Shown piece after piece: positions 23,971 through 37,889 of a DNA stretch of 64,000 nucleotides. The stretch comes from Chiloscyllium plagiosum (Eukaryota), in assembly GCF_004010195.1 (NCBI RefSeq), contig NC_057718.1:84917968-84981967 (forward strand), read 5' to 3'. The translations under genes and the position numbers were made by a program. The notes beneath the pieces are model-generated. The model was not told the origin of the DNA. It saw only the letters and a program-made list of their open reading frames with translations, and ran no database searches. The stretch's first letter is position 1; the number at the start of each line of letters is the position of its first letter.

Positions 23971-26889
23971 GAACTTGGGATGTCATCTTGGATTGCATGC
24001 TCCTATATCAGAAGTAAAACCCTAGGACCTTTTGACTGCAACTTGAGTGTGCTACTTCTGGACCACAGTTGACACCCAATTCAGAAATGCAGGTCCTACA
24101 CTGATCCAATTGCCTAACTCCTTTTTAAATTGATCAAGGGTGTAAGAATTCAATTCCGAATTTAGATCTATTTGTGCCTGATAAGGTTGACAGGCTAGTT
24201 TCATTTGTAATAAGATAGTAAAATAAATCCAGCAGGTATTAAGTTTGACGCATTTGGACAGGCTTTGCTTCCTATTTTAAACTTGGAAAGTGCACAGACT
24301 CAGACCATGTATCTGAAGCCAAAACTTAAGTTGTGTTCCTCTTTGTCTGAAAAGCATTCTTGAACAGCATGCTTCACTCTAGTCCTTAAAACATGACACA
24401 CCTGTATTCTTAAGGATTTGTGGTGTTTCAAAACACTTTGACTTGTTCTCTCCAAATTCTCCAGTGTAGAAGGAAAGGACATGTCCGCTCTGTCCTTCCA
24501 GCCAGCCTCAGCATGAGAGATTTCAGCTGAGTGCACTTAAAGAATCAATCATTGTTCATTTCTGATATTCTTTATAAGTGCGCAAAAGATAAATTTACTC
24601 AAAACATATTTGCTACTGACTCATTTTAAATTCTGGGGATTAGATTAGAAAGTAAAGAAAACTGTAAACTGATAAGCAAACAAGAACAAAAATTGCTCGT
24701 GAAACTCCGCAGATCTGACAGTGTCTATGGAGAGAAAGCAGTTAATGTTTCAAGTCCTGTGACCTTTCTGCTTTCTTGCCACAATTGCTGCCAGACCTGC
24801 CGAGTTTCTCCAGTAATTTCTATTTTTGTTTGTTTCAGATCACCAGCATCTGCAATTCTTGTTTTATGTTTTTTAAGTTTCATTTACTGTTCTTTCCCCT
24901 TTATTTTCTTGCCCCTTCGTAGTTGGAAAGTCTCAATCCAATCTTGTGTTTTGAAGTGAAATTATATTAATTAAGTTGTTTACATGTTGTATTTAGTTCT
25001 GCATGGCCAACATAATACTCGTAATAAAATATGATCTTGGTGATCTGATGGAAACCAAAGTGGTCTATACCCATCTCAATCTGATTCCATTACTCTAAAT
25101 GCAAACTAGAGGATCTTAATCAAATGGCCTGATACGCAGCTTCTAGAACATTTAACCTGTTAACTTATTAAAGTACTATTTCCTTTCTCAAGTTACATAA
25201 TTGCTTATTGTTTTTAAACTAAAACATAACATCCTATTCTTATTTTCATTGACAGCTTATGCCAGAATTATCAGAAGCAATAAATAACAATATTAAATCA
25301 TCAGTAGCTCATTGTGTAGTTAAACATCTAAAATTCTTTAGTCAAGTTGTAGTAGACTTTGAGATATTAATGTTTTAACGGCTTTGTATAACAGTACTTC
25401 TAAATGCATATTGCACCTTTTTGGCTGTGCACCAAGTTGTTGTTTAGCATACACAAATGGAATAATAGTTGGCTTGGATTGTATTACATGGAGATAATGG
25501 ATACCCAGGAGGGATTACTGATTAGTAGTTCTGTCAAGGGAATTCAGGTAGGATCGTAAATAACCTGAGAGATTAGCTGACAACCTTGAAACAGCTGCTG
25601 GGGAACATTATCTGAGAGATGTGATGAGGTAACAAGTTCAGGTAGTGATAAACCATTGATCTGTTCAGCTTACCCTCTGAACTTGCTTCAAGGTGCCCTT
25701 GATTTAGATTTAAATCTACATATCTCAAGTATATTTTTATTGACAGGATGCTATCTAGTTTCTTTCTGAACTCCAATCTCTGCTTGTTGTCGACTTTCGT
25801 ATCTTTACCATGTTATAAAATATATCCGATCATTGACAAACTGCTGGTATTAATCTTGAGATGAAGAGTTCTGGACATTTTTTTCTTCAAACTGGTCCTT
25901 GACAAGAGGCAGCTGAACTAAACACCTGAATATTTTTATTTAAACATTGGAACTTGATCCTTCATTGCTCATGTAATTAAAGTGCTCAGATCATACCACG
26001 ACCTGAAGAGTACAGCTCGGGGAGTTCCACCTGAACACCCTACAGATAGGCATGATTTCAAAATTACAGTTTCAAGTAGATTTTGAATCTGTCATTATAA
26101 AGCTATTTCTTGTATATTCTTTGTCCTTGTGATGGCTTCCAGAGAGTAAAACGATCAACTAGTAGAAACATTAATTGTGCAGTATGCCCACTTTACATAA
26201 ACTGTGGGGATTACATTTAAACTTATTTTCTTTTAAATAGCTGGATCCAGTTAGGTCTTTTTAAAAAAAAATGTCCAGCAATGAATTAAGGATGAATGTC
26301 TTTACTCAAAGGGCAGCTAAAATGTGGCACCTGTTGCTACATGAAGTTGAGATGAAAAGCGAAGGTGCATTTACAGGAAGCTAGGATAAATACATAAATG
26401 GGAAAAGATTTATAGGATATGTTGATAGCCTGGTAGGAGGCTCATGTGGATCATTAACACTGGCGTAGATCTGTTAGGCCATGTCGATTTATTTCTGGGG
26501 TGTAAATTCTACGAAGGCTCATCTTTGGTAGGACGGTTAAAATTCAAATTCAAATAGGAAGGTAGTTCTATTGGAATGGCTTTATGCACTTTGCCTGGTT
26601 TTCCTCATCATTAACTTCATTGGACGTGGGATTTATGATCATCAACCAATCCGTATCAGTTGCTTTTCTCCTTACTCACTCAAGTTGAACTTCAACTTGT
26701 TTTTCCCAGAATTAATGCATTTTCCTGTTTTTAACATCTGTTGCTTTTTTGATGTAACTTACTTAATATGTGGTAGGGAAAGAAATCAAATTTTCATATT
26801 AGTAAAAGATGCACTACATATGGAATAATTACTGTTGATAAGGAAGATGTGTTAATGTCACTGAGCTAATGACCTAGATATCAGCATGG

Positions 26890-27560
26890 TTGGTTTGCAG
26901 GTACAGCAAGTAATTAAGGCAAATGGAATTTTGTCCTTCGTTGCTAAAGGGATAACCTTCCTGTTTTTAAAGGCAATGTTGCAGGTGTACAGGGTGCTAG
27001 CGAGGCCACACCTGGAGTACTGCGTGCAGTTTTGGTCTCCTTATTTGAGAAAGGATGTACTGGCACTTAAAGGGGGTGCAGAGAAGGTTCACTAAGTTGA
27101 GTTGAAGGGGTTTGTTTATGAGGAGAGACTGAGTAGACTGGAATTATATTCATTGGAATTTAGAATGAGGGGGGAATCTTATAGAAACATATGAAATTAT
27201 GAAGGGAATAGATAAGATGGAAGTAGAGAGGATGTTTCCATTGGCAGGTAAAACGAGGACAAGAGGTCATAGCCTCAAAATTCGTGGGAGCAGATTTAGG
27301 ATCAAATTGAGAAGGAATTTCTTCACCCAGAGGGTTGTGAATCTGTGGAATTTTCTGCCCAGTGAAGTAGTTGAGGCTTCTTCATTGTTTTTAAAGCTAA
27401 GATAACTTTTTTAAAACAGGAAAGGAATTAAGGGTTATTGTGAGAAGATGGGTTAGTAGAGCGGAGGCCACAAAATGATCAGCCATGATTTTATAAATGG
27501 CAGAGCAGGCTTGAAGGGTCAGATGGCCTACTCCTGCTCCTAGTTCTTATGTTCTTGTTC
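26890..27560 (+). mobile_element. CR1-type LINE 3' fragment
   Basis: LARPHLEYCVQFWSPYLRKD; TRGHSLKIRGSRF..RRNFFTQRVVNLWN; tail ending TTCTTATGTTCTT. Confidence 0.85.
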
Positions 27561-29423
27561 TTGTTATTAATGCTTAGGGTCATAGGATTTGAAAACATCA
27601 TGGCAGTGATGGTTATTTAAATTCAATTAATATCTAGAATTGAAAAACTAGTCTCCATGATGGTAAAATTGTACTATCATCAATTAGTCTTTTAAGACAA
27701 AAAAAATTGTTCATTGATTTCAATTTAGGGGAGGATCTCTGCCATGAGTATCTGGTCTGGTCTGTGAGTCTTCAGATGTGACTGAATCTGAATTAGTGCC
27801 ATGAACGAGCATCATATGAATTGAACAATTTTTACTTTCCTCTTCTGTCTGTAACAGAGGTGATTTTTAATTTGTTACTTTTCTTTTTTAAAAATAATAT
27901 GCAGTTGTGTGTTTCTTTAAACCTGACTTAAGAAATCCAATTTTTAAATGGCACACAACAAACTGCTTACAGTTAAAACAAAGTTGTGTTCATTCACGTG
28001 TTCAAAAGTTTGTAATAGACATTTGCTCTTACAGGGTAGGAAAGGAAATTACAAATTTTTGAAAAATCGAAAATGCTGATATTAATTTATCTAAGTTAGT
28101 CTATTAAGTAAATATCCATGAATGTTTCCAGTTGGGTGATCTACCAGAATTCCTTTATGTAGAATCTTGAATACAGGTATAAAGTAGTTCAAGTTAATTC
28201 TTTTGTAGCCTGGGAAATTCATTTTTCAGGCTAAATAGTGGATTCTTTCCAGAAATTTTGAGTTTTGAGAAAAGTTGATACCGGAGGCAGATATTTAGCT
28301 GAGCCTGAGTTGCTTTTGTAGTTATCTGTTCTTGTGTAAAATGTAAACTAAGAAACCAAGCTGAAGCTGTTCAAAATCCAACTGTTTCAGTCATGTAACT
28401 GGGGTTCCAGGATAGATCACCCTGGTGAACAAGATTGGTCAAAAACTATTGTGTTTTAGCAGAGTTATGAAGGCCATTAGCACCATCTCATACATAATAT
28501 ATTTCAAATGTAGTCTTTGTTCTGAACTGGCTTGCGTAGTTATCTTGTTAGTTGTTCCTTTGTTGTGGCTTGACAGAAATATCTATAGAATGTAGAGTGT
28601 GACATTCCAGAAAATGATGTAAGTTTTTGTGTCCAGGTTACTGCTGATCACTACTTTGCAGAAGTTGGCATCAGTGGCAGCCACGTTATCAGTTTAGTGA
28701 AGTGTCTATTTCAAAAGAAGTGTAAGCAAGAGGAAATAGTTTTGAAGAAAAGCAATTTCTGATTTGACTTTGTGTCTCCTTGCCGTGACACTACCCTCTG
28801 ACATAGCCTAGCAAGCTGTACATTTCAAGGACAATTAGGGCTGGGTAACAAATGCAGGCCTTCCAAGCAATGCCCACATTTATGAAAGAACAAAAAAATG
28901 CAAGCCACTCTATTCCAATTACCAGTTTATTCAAATTTGGCATGCATGTGGAGGGCTTCTATACCATTTAGAGGTATTTATTTAATTTCAATCTTTTAAG
29001 CTCAATTATTTTGGTAGACGTAGCATCTATTAATCTAATGGAAGCATTATAACACCATCTCCCTTTTTAGAATTTCTTTGTCTTAGGTCATAGGTTGAGG
29101 CTGAGAAAACCCAAAAAATTCCTTTTGGCCTTTCTCTTTGTGACTCTTACCACCTACCAAGAGGTGGTGTGCAACTAGATGAGGTGATTTTAAACCTCTA
29201 GGTTTCATATCTTTCTCTAAGGAATTAACTAGCTCTTAATCAGTCCTTACCTTGCTGATGCTAGGATTTTAGCAGATGTGAAGTTGTGAATATGAAGCTG
29301 GCTGAGTTCTTTCAACAGCTTCAGATTAAGCTTTCATGTATCTTTATAAGGAAATAGTTGCACTTGTATGATGCCCTCATGCTGTGCCAAAGTACTTGTA
29401 AAGTGTGGTCAGTGTTGTAATGT

Positions 29424-30420
29424 GAGTTTGCACATTTTCCCTATGCCTGCTTGGGTTTCCTCCAGGTGCTCCGGTTTCCTCCTGCAGTCCAAAGATGTGC
29501 AGGTCACGTGAATTGGCCATGTTAAATTGCCCATAGTGTTAGGTACATTAGTCAGAAGGAAGTAGGTCTGGGTGGGTTACTCTTCGGAGGGTCAGTGTGG
29601 ACTTGTTGGGACAAAGGGCCTGTTTCCACACTGTAGGGAATCTAATCATAAAGATATACAGAATGGTCCAACTCATCCATGCTGACCAGATATCCCAACC
29701 CCAATCTAGTCCCATCTGCTAGGACCCAGCCCATATCCCTCCAAACCCCTCCTATTCATATACCCATCCCCCACATGCCTTTTAAGTGTTGCAGTCATAC
29801 TAGCCTCCACCACTTCCTCTGGCAGCTCGTTCTGTGCATGTACCACACTTTGCATGAAAAAGTTCCCCTCTCACCCAAAACCCAATGCCTTCTAGTTCTG
29901 GACTTTCTCACCCCAGGGAAAAGACTTTGTTTATTTATCCTATCCTATCCTATCCTATCCTAACCTATCCTATCTATGCCCCTCCTGACCTTGTATACTT
30001 CTATAAGGTCACCCCTCAGCCTCTGACTCTCCAGGGAAAACAGCCCCAGCCTATTCAACCTCTCCCCATCCCTCAAATCCTCCAGCCCTGGCAACATCCT
30101 TGTTAATCTTTTCTGAACCCTTGCAAGCATCACAGCATCTTTCCATAGGATGGAGACCAGAATTGCATGCAATATTCCAAAAGTGGCCTAACCAATGTCT
30201 TGTATAGCCGCAATATGACCTCCCAACCCCTGTACTCTATAGTGTCACCCATAAAGGAAAGCATACCAAACACCTTCACTATCTTATCTATCTGTGAATC
30301 CACTTTCAAGGAGCTCTGAGCCTGCACTTCAAGGTCTCTTTATTCAGCAACACTCCCCAAGACCTTACCATTAAGTGTATAAATCCTGCTAAGATTTTCT
30401 TTCCCAAAATGCATCACCTC
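29424..30420. mobile_element. 5'-truncated HE1 SINE (plus, ~29424-29647) tail-to-tail with a CR1 3' fragment (minus, ~29648-30420) containing (TATCC)n
   Basis: V-domain and AATCTAATC tail; minus ORFs LVRPLLEYCMQFWSP and RLNRLGLFSLESQRLRGDLIEVYK. Confidence 0.8.
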
Positions 30421-31731
30421 ACATGATTGAATAAACCTTTTTAAAAAATCAATGGTTTCCCCTCATGTGTGAACTTAGAATTGGTGTCAAAGTTAAAAAA
30501 TAACAAGCTTCCCATTTTACTGGAGAGGACGAATCTCTTATGGTCTTTATTCAAGGCTGAATTGGACATATTTATAATGGAGCTGAGGAAATGGAGGGAT
30601 GGAGATGGTAGGTAGGAAAATGGAATTAAGGCCATAATTAGATCAGCCATGATCATATTGAATGGGGGACTAGATTCAATGGGCTGAATGACCTACTCTT
30701 TGGGATACAGTTGAAGATCCGGTGAAACATTGCAACAGGTAGAAACGGCTTTGGATTTCATGTTTTTTTTAAGAAAAACGCTATGCAAATACACTGGACT
30801 GTTAGTAAGACGTGCATGATTTTAACAATTTATGCTATCTGGTTCAGAATGCCCAAAAGTTGCCAACTGAAAAGGATATGGAGAGAATTCAACTAACTAA
30901 ATATCAATTGACTTTATCTCCAATCTAAGATATTGGAATCCTTACTCAGATTAATTCAGCTAATTTATTTTCAAAAGTATAATGAATCCAGCATCTGGTA
31001 GCAATTGATGAAATAACCATAGCTGCTAATAATATGCAAATCCTTCACTACATCTTGTGATTAACCTAAAATCTGTGATCTCTTTTTTTCCCCCTCACCC
31101 GATGGTTATTTTTTCTCATTCAAGGCTGCTCCGAATCCCATACCAGCCTCACCATGCCTACATGCATGTTTATCAAGGGAGGGCTGCAAAATTATTATTT
31201 TTAAACAATCTCTATCCAAGGAGCACTGAGCTGATTGTAGCACAAATCTAGGATTGATGAAGGGTGCCCACACCAAATAGTGTATGGCTTTGTAACATTT
31301 GTCACATGTTTTGAGCTGATATTTTGGGAAGCTATGCTGCAAGTAACCAAAGTTTGAAGATATTTATCTCATCCAATTTAATTTTGTGAGCAGTTGACAT
31401 ATTTTCTGCAAATGAAACAAGTCATCATAATTTAAACTATAACTGGCAATTGGGCTAGAATTCAGTTTGCAAGATAAACAAATTCATGTTGACAGAATTT
31501 CTTTAAGGAAAGGTCATAGCATTCATTTTATGGAACTTTTCAGTATGAATTTGAGATGTTAAAATACATTATTCTTGTATCTTTTTTGGTTTTATTGATT
31601 ATACTTGATTTAAAATTAAGGATTCAAGTATGAACACAGAATTTCACTTCACTATTTGTGATGAATATAATGTTTCGTCTCTCTTTCTTTTTTTGTAGAG
31701 TGACTTTTTTTCTTTTGCTTCCACATTTTAG

Positions 31732-31853
31732 GCATTCTTGGCTTTACAGAATCAAGAAGCTAGCAGTGTGGTTGTTAGCCGTGTACATATGCATTCCTTT
31801 CATAGTAAAAATGTGCCCAGCTATTCAAGCCAAGCTGGTCTTCTTAAATTTTG
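31732..31853 (+). CDS. ABHD12: ABHD12 coding exon 2 (transmembrane segment)
   Basis: TTTTAG|G..; HSWLYRIKKLAVWLLAVYICIPFIVKMCPAIQAKLVFLNF vs human [39 protein letters not shown]; donor G|GTGAGT; phases 2/1 fit the neighbouring exons. Confidence 0.93.
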
Positions 31854-32940
31854 GTGAGTAGCGATTCAGTGAATTGGATTAACTGCACCTGTTTGTCATT
31901 CACAAAGCCTTTGGCATGCCATCATGCATTTAGAACCAGAACCTTAAAAATTTCCACCAGGTCAATCTGATTCACCACCTATGTGTACTCCTTTAATTTG
32001 CAACATGTCTTTGACCATGTTTTTGTTCACCCCCTCCAAAAGAGTTTGGCTCAATGATACAGTTCATTTGTTTGCTTAATTACAGTAGATTAGAGAGTCC
32101 TGTATGTCTGTTCCACCCTTCAATAAGATCATCAAATTCCTCTTTTTCTCACAAAAGTTATTGAGCCCAGAATTTTACATCTTGAAATCCTTTTTTTCCC
32201 TTCCCCTCTGCTGCTGTTCCATTGGTGGCTGCTCATATCCACAGGCTTCTAAAGCTTGTTTTTCAGAAAAACTCTTATTCTGTGTTCAAAATATCTCAAC
32301 ATGTTTAAGTGCCTGTTTTCTCATCCAATTTAATATTGCATGACGCCTATTGAAGAGTTTGAGACACTGTATACTTGTCAATGAAATAGCTGGTGGTTTA
32401 ACATCTATATATAATTTAGGTGGATCCCATGACAAATATAACTACTTTTAAGCAAATTAGGCTACTTACTATCTTCCACCCTGCCCTTACAGTCCACTGC
32501 TCCAAATTGCAAGTACTTCACTAGTGGATAGAAACTTCACATGTCACTTAATTTAACCTAAACACATGCATCTTTTGGAAACGTGCATTCATATTGATCC
32601 ATTAATAACTTGTGTTTGCTTATCTATTTCATTGCTTGGGATTTTGCAGCAAAGGAATTAATTTCTTTATTCATCAGTACAAAATCTACACAGCTGTTTA
32701 TGTGGGTTATTTGAAATGTTTGTTTTGCTTTTGTAAGGGGCTTATTTATTTAGCTCTGAACCATGCAAACGAGGAAGACCCCCACAGTTTCAGTGGCCCA
32801 GGCTTAATTAACTGCCATCAGCAAACCAGCAGCTGTCTATAATGCTCTATGGTTAATCTATTGATAAACAACAAGAGTTTGAGACTAGGATTTCTGTAGT
32901 GCCCGCAACTGAATAATCAACTGATACTTGGCAATAAAGA

Positions 32941-33100
32941 ATCTCTCCACTCTAGAGGCTTCCTGCCTCTATTCCTGATGAAGGGCTTTTGCCCAAAACT
33001 TCGATTTTCCTGCTTCAGATGCTGCCTGACCTGCTGTGCTTTTCCAGCACCACTCTGATCTAAACTCTGATTTCCAGTTTCCGCAGTCCTCACTTTTGCC
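32941..33100 (+). mobile_element. Solo PLE family A terminal repeat
   Basis: CTGATGAAGGGCTTTTGCCCAAAACTTCG plus tail; AATAAAG occurs on both sides (possible TSD). Confidence 0.75.
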
Positions 33101-33672
33101 AAATAAAGTTTCACGGTTGAACTCTAGCCGTAAGGTACAAGGGAGTCAACTGCTCTTCGAACCATATCCTAGTAACAGCATAGGTCCCCCAACTGCATGT
33201 AAGTGAACAAAATAGTACTGAAAATGATTATAATTTAGGGAATGGTGTAACGGGGTTCCAAGCTGCAGGCTTACGTAGGCTTTCAGATAATGAAAATGCT
33301 GTTTTTATTTTCCAGCAAATGTCTTTCCAAGTTAACTGCAAACAACTTTATGAACAGAATAAAACATTTTTAAATTTTAGTGGCCAAAATATTGATATCT
33401 TTATTACTATAAATTTTTAATGGAGTGGTTTTTATATTTAAATATTAGAGTGTACAAATTAGTATTTCCTATATCTTTTGAGGAAAAAAAATGATTTATC
33501 AGTAAATTAATTGGCTATTTTCTGCACAAAGTGCATTGGTCAAGATTTTGATAGGATTGCAATTTACGATTAAAAACAAATTATTATAGATTTGAATTTA
33601 TTCTATGTAATTGGTTTGTAGTCTTAATCATTTGAAAGCTCTAAAATTTTTATTGACACCTTTCTTTTGTAG

Positions 33673-33778
33673 TGCGGCTACCATATTTCATTGACTTGAA
33701 GAGGCCACAGGACCAAGGGTTGAACCACACATGGAATTTTTATCTTAAACCTGAAGAGACAATTACTATTGGTGCTTG
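33673..33778 (+). CDS. ABHD12: ABHD12 coding exon 3
   Basis: TTTTGTAG|TG; (V)[34 protein letters not shown](W) vs human [36 protein letters not shown]; 106 nt; donor TG|GTGAGT. Confidence 0.96.
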
Positions 33779-33937
33779 GTGAGTGAGCAGAGACTGGTTT
33801 AAAAAAAAACATTGTCTTAATTTCACAGTTGTTGACAGACCTGATGTGGGTTCCTAGTGGTGTATATTTTTGTTGCTTTGCTTTACTAATGTTTTTGTAT
33901 AGCTGGTTGTCTGTTTCATGAATTAGTGCATAAAATA

Positions 33938-34160
33938 GGCTGACGCTCTAGTGCAGAACAGACGGAGTGCTGCCCTATGCTGTTTTTCAGGTTACACACA
34001 TGCCTCTTCAGGTGAAATATTAAAAGTTCCCAAGGTATTATTTTGAAGGAGAACAGTAGACTTCTCCCTGAATCAACATCACTGAAACAAATTATATGTT
34101 CATGTTGCTGTTGTGGGAGACTTGTGTGTATAAATTGACTGAGTTTTCTATGTTACAGCA
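33938..34160 (+). mobile_element. Ancient DeuSINE-like fragment
   Basis: GCTGACGCTCTAGTGCAG..GGAGTGCTGC..CAGGTG..TAAAAGTTCCCAAGG..AACATCACTGAAACA resembles the Deu domain as I recall it. Confidence 0.5.
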
Positions 34161-34957
34161 CCAGCAATTTGGATTTGCATGCTATCTTTAAAATATAGCA
34201 TTCCATTACAATCGTGTCTGCACCTCATACATAGTTGGTTGTTAACTGCCTTCCAGTCAAGCAATATCTTAATTTTAAGAATGATCCATGGTCTTGTTCC
34301 TTTCTATCTCTAATCTCCTCCTGCTCCTACAAATTCTCCAAGATAACTGCACTCCTTTAAATCTGTATTTTTTCTGCAAACCTGATTTTATTTGCTTCAT
34401 CACTGGTCGTCACACTCTGTTGTCTCAGTCCTAACTTCTATTACGTGCCCTATATTTTTCAGATTCTATACTTCCCTTTTCTTCTCTTAAGACACTGTAA
34501 AGCCTACCTATTTCATGTAGCATTTGGTCATCTAACTAGACATCTCCTGTCACTTCCTTGAAGTGATATTGTGCATAACCTATTGTTTGGCATATCCTGA
34601 GTTTGTAACTATTGTTCCCGTTCCCGTTACCGTTTGCATTCCTGCTCTTCCTGTCAACTTGTTTAAACAGTTAATTAGAGGACAGTTAATTTAAAGCTAA
34701 CTTGATGAAGGGTTATATCAGGCCTGAAAACGTTAACTATTGCATTCTCCACAGATATCAGACCTGTTGAGTTTCTCCAGCATTCTCAATACTTGCTTTT
34801 GCATGTCTTTTATTTAAAACGCATCTAATTTTGCTGCCATTTTTAATTTGAAAAGAAATGCCTAGTCAATTTGCTCACCGTTATTTGGGAAACTTTGTTA
34901 ATAATCAAGAGACAAGCAAAAATGGTTAAGGAGGGAGCTTGCATTCAGTGTGAGATG

Positions 34958-35632
34958 TCATAGAGTCATAGAGATGTACAGCATGGAAATAGACCGTTCG
35001 GTCCAACCCGTCCATGCCGACCAGATATCCCAACCCTTCCTATTCATGTACCCATCCAAATGCCTCTTAAATGCCGCAATTGTACCAGCCACCACTTCCT
35101 CTGGCAGCTCATTCTGTACACACACCACCCTCTGCGTGAAAAAGTTGCCCCTTAGATCTCTTTTTTTATATCTTTCCTCTCTCTCACCCTAAACCTATGC
35201 CCTCTAGTTCTGGACTCCCTGACCCCAAGGAAAAGACTTTGTCTATTTATCCTAACCATACCCCTCATAATTTTGTAAACCTCTATAAAGTCACCCCTCA
35301 GCCTCCGACGCTCCAGGGAAAACAGCCCCACCCTGTTTAACCTCTCCCTATAGCTCAAGTCCTCCAACCCTGGCAACATCCTTGTAAATCTTTTCTGAAC
35401 CCTTTCAAGTATCAAAACATCTTTCTGATAGGAAGGAGATCAGAATTGCACGCAATATTCCAACAGTGGCCTAACCAATGTCCTGGACAATCGCAACATG
35501 ACCTCCCAACTCCTGTACTCAGTACTCTGACCGATAAAGGAAAGCATACCAAACGCTTTCTTCATGATCCTATCTACCTGCGACTCCACTTTCAAGGAGC
35601 TATGAACCTGCACTCCAAGGTCTCTTTGTTCA
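34958..35632 (-). mobile_element. CR1-type LINE 3' fragment
   Basis: LERVQKRFTRMLPGLEDLSYRERLNRVGLFSLERRRLRGDFIEVYKIMRG; tail CTCTATGACTCTATGA. Confidence 0.88.
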
Positions 35633-35929
35633 TCAATTTAATAGAAATTGATGTCAAGCCACCAGATCTTTGTACAAAGAAATAAAACTTGATAACATCA
35701 TGTTACATAAATTACATAACAATAGAAGGAAATAAATTCTTAGTTTAAAGTGAAACAAAATTTCATGGCTGTTAAGAACTGGGAAGTACAGCTGTGTGGT
35801 AAGCTCTTTTAAAGAGCTATTACAACTGCAACCTTCTACACCACCTTTTGGTTTTGTAAGATGAAGTGTTGACAGCACCCACTCAATGCTTTTTAATGTT
35901 CTAGTTAACTTTGCACCCCAATTCCATGC

Positions 35930-36221
35930 ATTAGATTCCCTACAGTATGGAAACCGCCCCTTCAGCCCAACCCTCCAAAGAGCAACCCACCATGAACCAC
36001 TCCCCCACCCTACACCTAACACTATGGGCAACTTAGCATGGCCAATTCACCTGACCTGCACATCTTTAGATTGTGGGAGGAAACCAGAGCACACGGAGGA
36101 AGCCCTCCCAGACACTGGGAGAATGTGCAAACTCGACACAAACAGTCGCCCGAGGTGGGAATTGAACCCGGGTTCCTGGCACTGTGAGGCTGCAGTGCTA
36201 ACCACTGAGCCACTATGCACC
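35930..36221 (-). mobile_element. HE1-type V-SINE
   Basis: Reverse-complement similarity to 5171-5478. Confidence 0.85.
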
Positions 36222-37889
36222 CATTGTTCTTCTATCGTGTATATCTTCCTTAAATAAGCTTTTAAGCTGTTTAATTTCAAAAGATAGGAAGTCTTACATT
36301 TTCAGTAGCGTTGGAAATCAGTGCATTAAATACTTTTGAAGTGAGCAGCAGCCATTTGAACATGGCAGGTTCCCATGTGATAACGACCAGGTAATTGTAT
36401 TTCTGGCATTCTCTTAAAGGGAAGTTCTGACACAAGAAGCAGCTCTTTCAAATATTATTGCAATCTCTTACCTCACTGCTATCATCTATTAGAATCCCAA
36501 CAACAACTTTGATCCTGCATACTGTCTGCGCTGCCTACTCACTTGCTCAGGATACCTTCCCACCTACACTGTGCCATCCAGCTTAATTTCCCTTAATGCC
36601 TCCCTATTTAAGTCCACCATAGAACTGGAAGAATCCAGGGTAATGCCTGACATTTGGCTCCTAACCCCTGATGAGAAGATCTTCTCTTTCACTACCCTGA
36701 CCAAATCTAAGACCTTGGACTGATATTTGACGCTATCCTTGACTTGGCTGAGGAATGTTGATAATGTGGCAAGCTTCCTGGCTTTGTCTGTGCTAAATAG
36801 CATAGCAATGCAGCAGTACCATGAAGCTGGAATCTCTAGGTGAAGGGCCAGGCAAAGCAGGGATGCTGTGAGAATCCAGGTAGGCTAAGAGTGAGTGACT
36901 GCAATGAGAGTCAGTGAGCAGCCTGCAGATGTAGCCTGGCCTAATCCATGAGCTGGGTTTGTGTCCCTGAGTGCAAAGTGTCCTTGCTTCAGCATTACAA
37001 TAATATATAGTAGCCATTGCACACCAAGGTGCAGTGTTAAAGCGCAGAAGCATACTGAAAGTGAATTGATATGACATTGTTAGGTTTATGTTCTGTTGTT
37101 TTTTTTTCTTGAGATTCTTACACACTTGATGCAGCTGCAATGTGCCAGCTTCTGTGAACAACAACCAAATTTTATCAAGCACAGTGTGGTATAAACTTTC
37201 TGGAAGAACTTTTAAAACAGGGCTTGGCAGAGTCATGTCAAAGCTCTCTCTGAACAAAGGAAACAGTCCTTCCTTTATACAAAATATTTATGTCACAGTG
37301 ATGCCCCCAAGACAACCCCCAGCCAACCCCCCACAGTCACATGCCACTCAAGCCACAATGCAGTGACCTGATCATCTCTAGAAACAATATAATGTAAATC
37401 ACCCCTCAATGATCAAATCTATTGCAAATCATTTTTTTAACGACAGGGAGTAGTAAAATTCCAACTGTAATACTTTTATTGATTTCTGAATAGGGGATGA
37501 AAATGTAAATAAAAGGAGATGACAATGTAAATGGTTCTGAATAATAGGTGATTATGTAAATTGACTTACAAATAGATTGTAAGAAGAGGCATCCCACCCT
37601 AGCCTCGGAACATCTAAAAATGCAGGTCAGCAGAGCAAGTTAACTCTTTAATATCACAAAATAAGATTCTTGGGGCTGGTCCCTGTGGCCAAATCTCTGT
37701 CCCCAGAGATGTTAGTTCTTGGTGTCCAACATTTGGAGTAAGTAGCAAGCTAGAGTCATGAGGTACCCACACTGTCTTCCATGACACAACGTTTTGGTGT
37801 ATAGTTTGCTCACATTGGGTAATTGAATTAAAGTGAGATTACAATAGATATGATTTGGAAGTGTCGGTGTTGGACTGGGGTGTACAAAG

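Noticed and set aside
29933..29975. (TATCC)n array, and (CTAAT)n arrays elsewhere, considered as CRISPR-like or satellite repeats
   Set aside because: Simple microsatellites within or at the tails of retroelements; no spacers, eukaryotic context.
36668..36692. CTGATGA followed by the palindrome GAAGATCTTC, a possible hammerhead
   Set aside because: No GAAA follows the stem and there is no PLE context.
36564..37366. ORFs of 74-154 aa in non-repeat intronic sequence
   Set aside because: No recognisable homology or convincing splice signals; compatible with chance.
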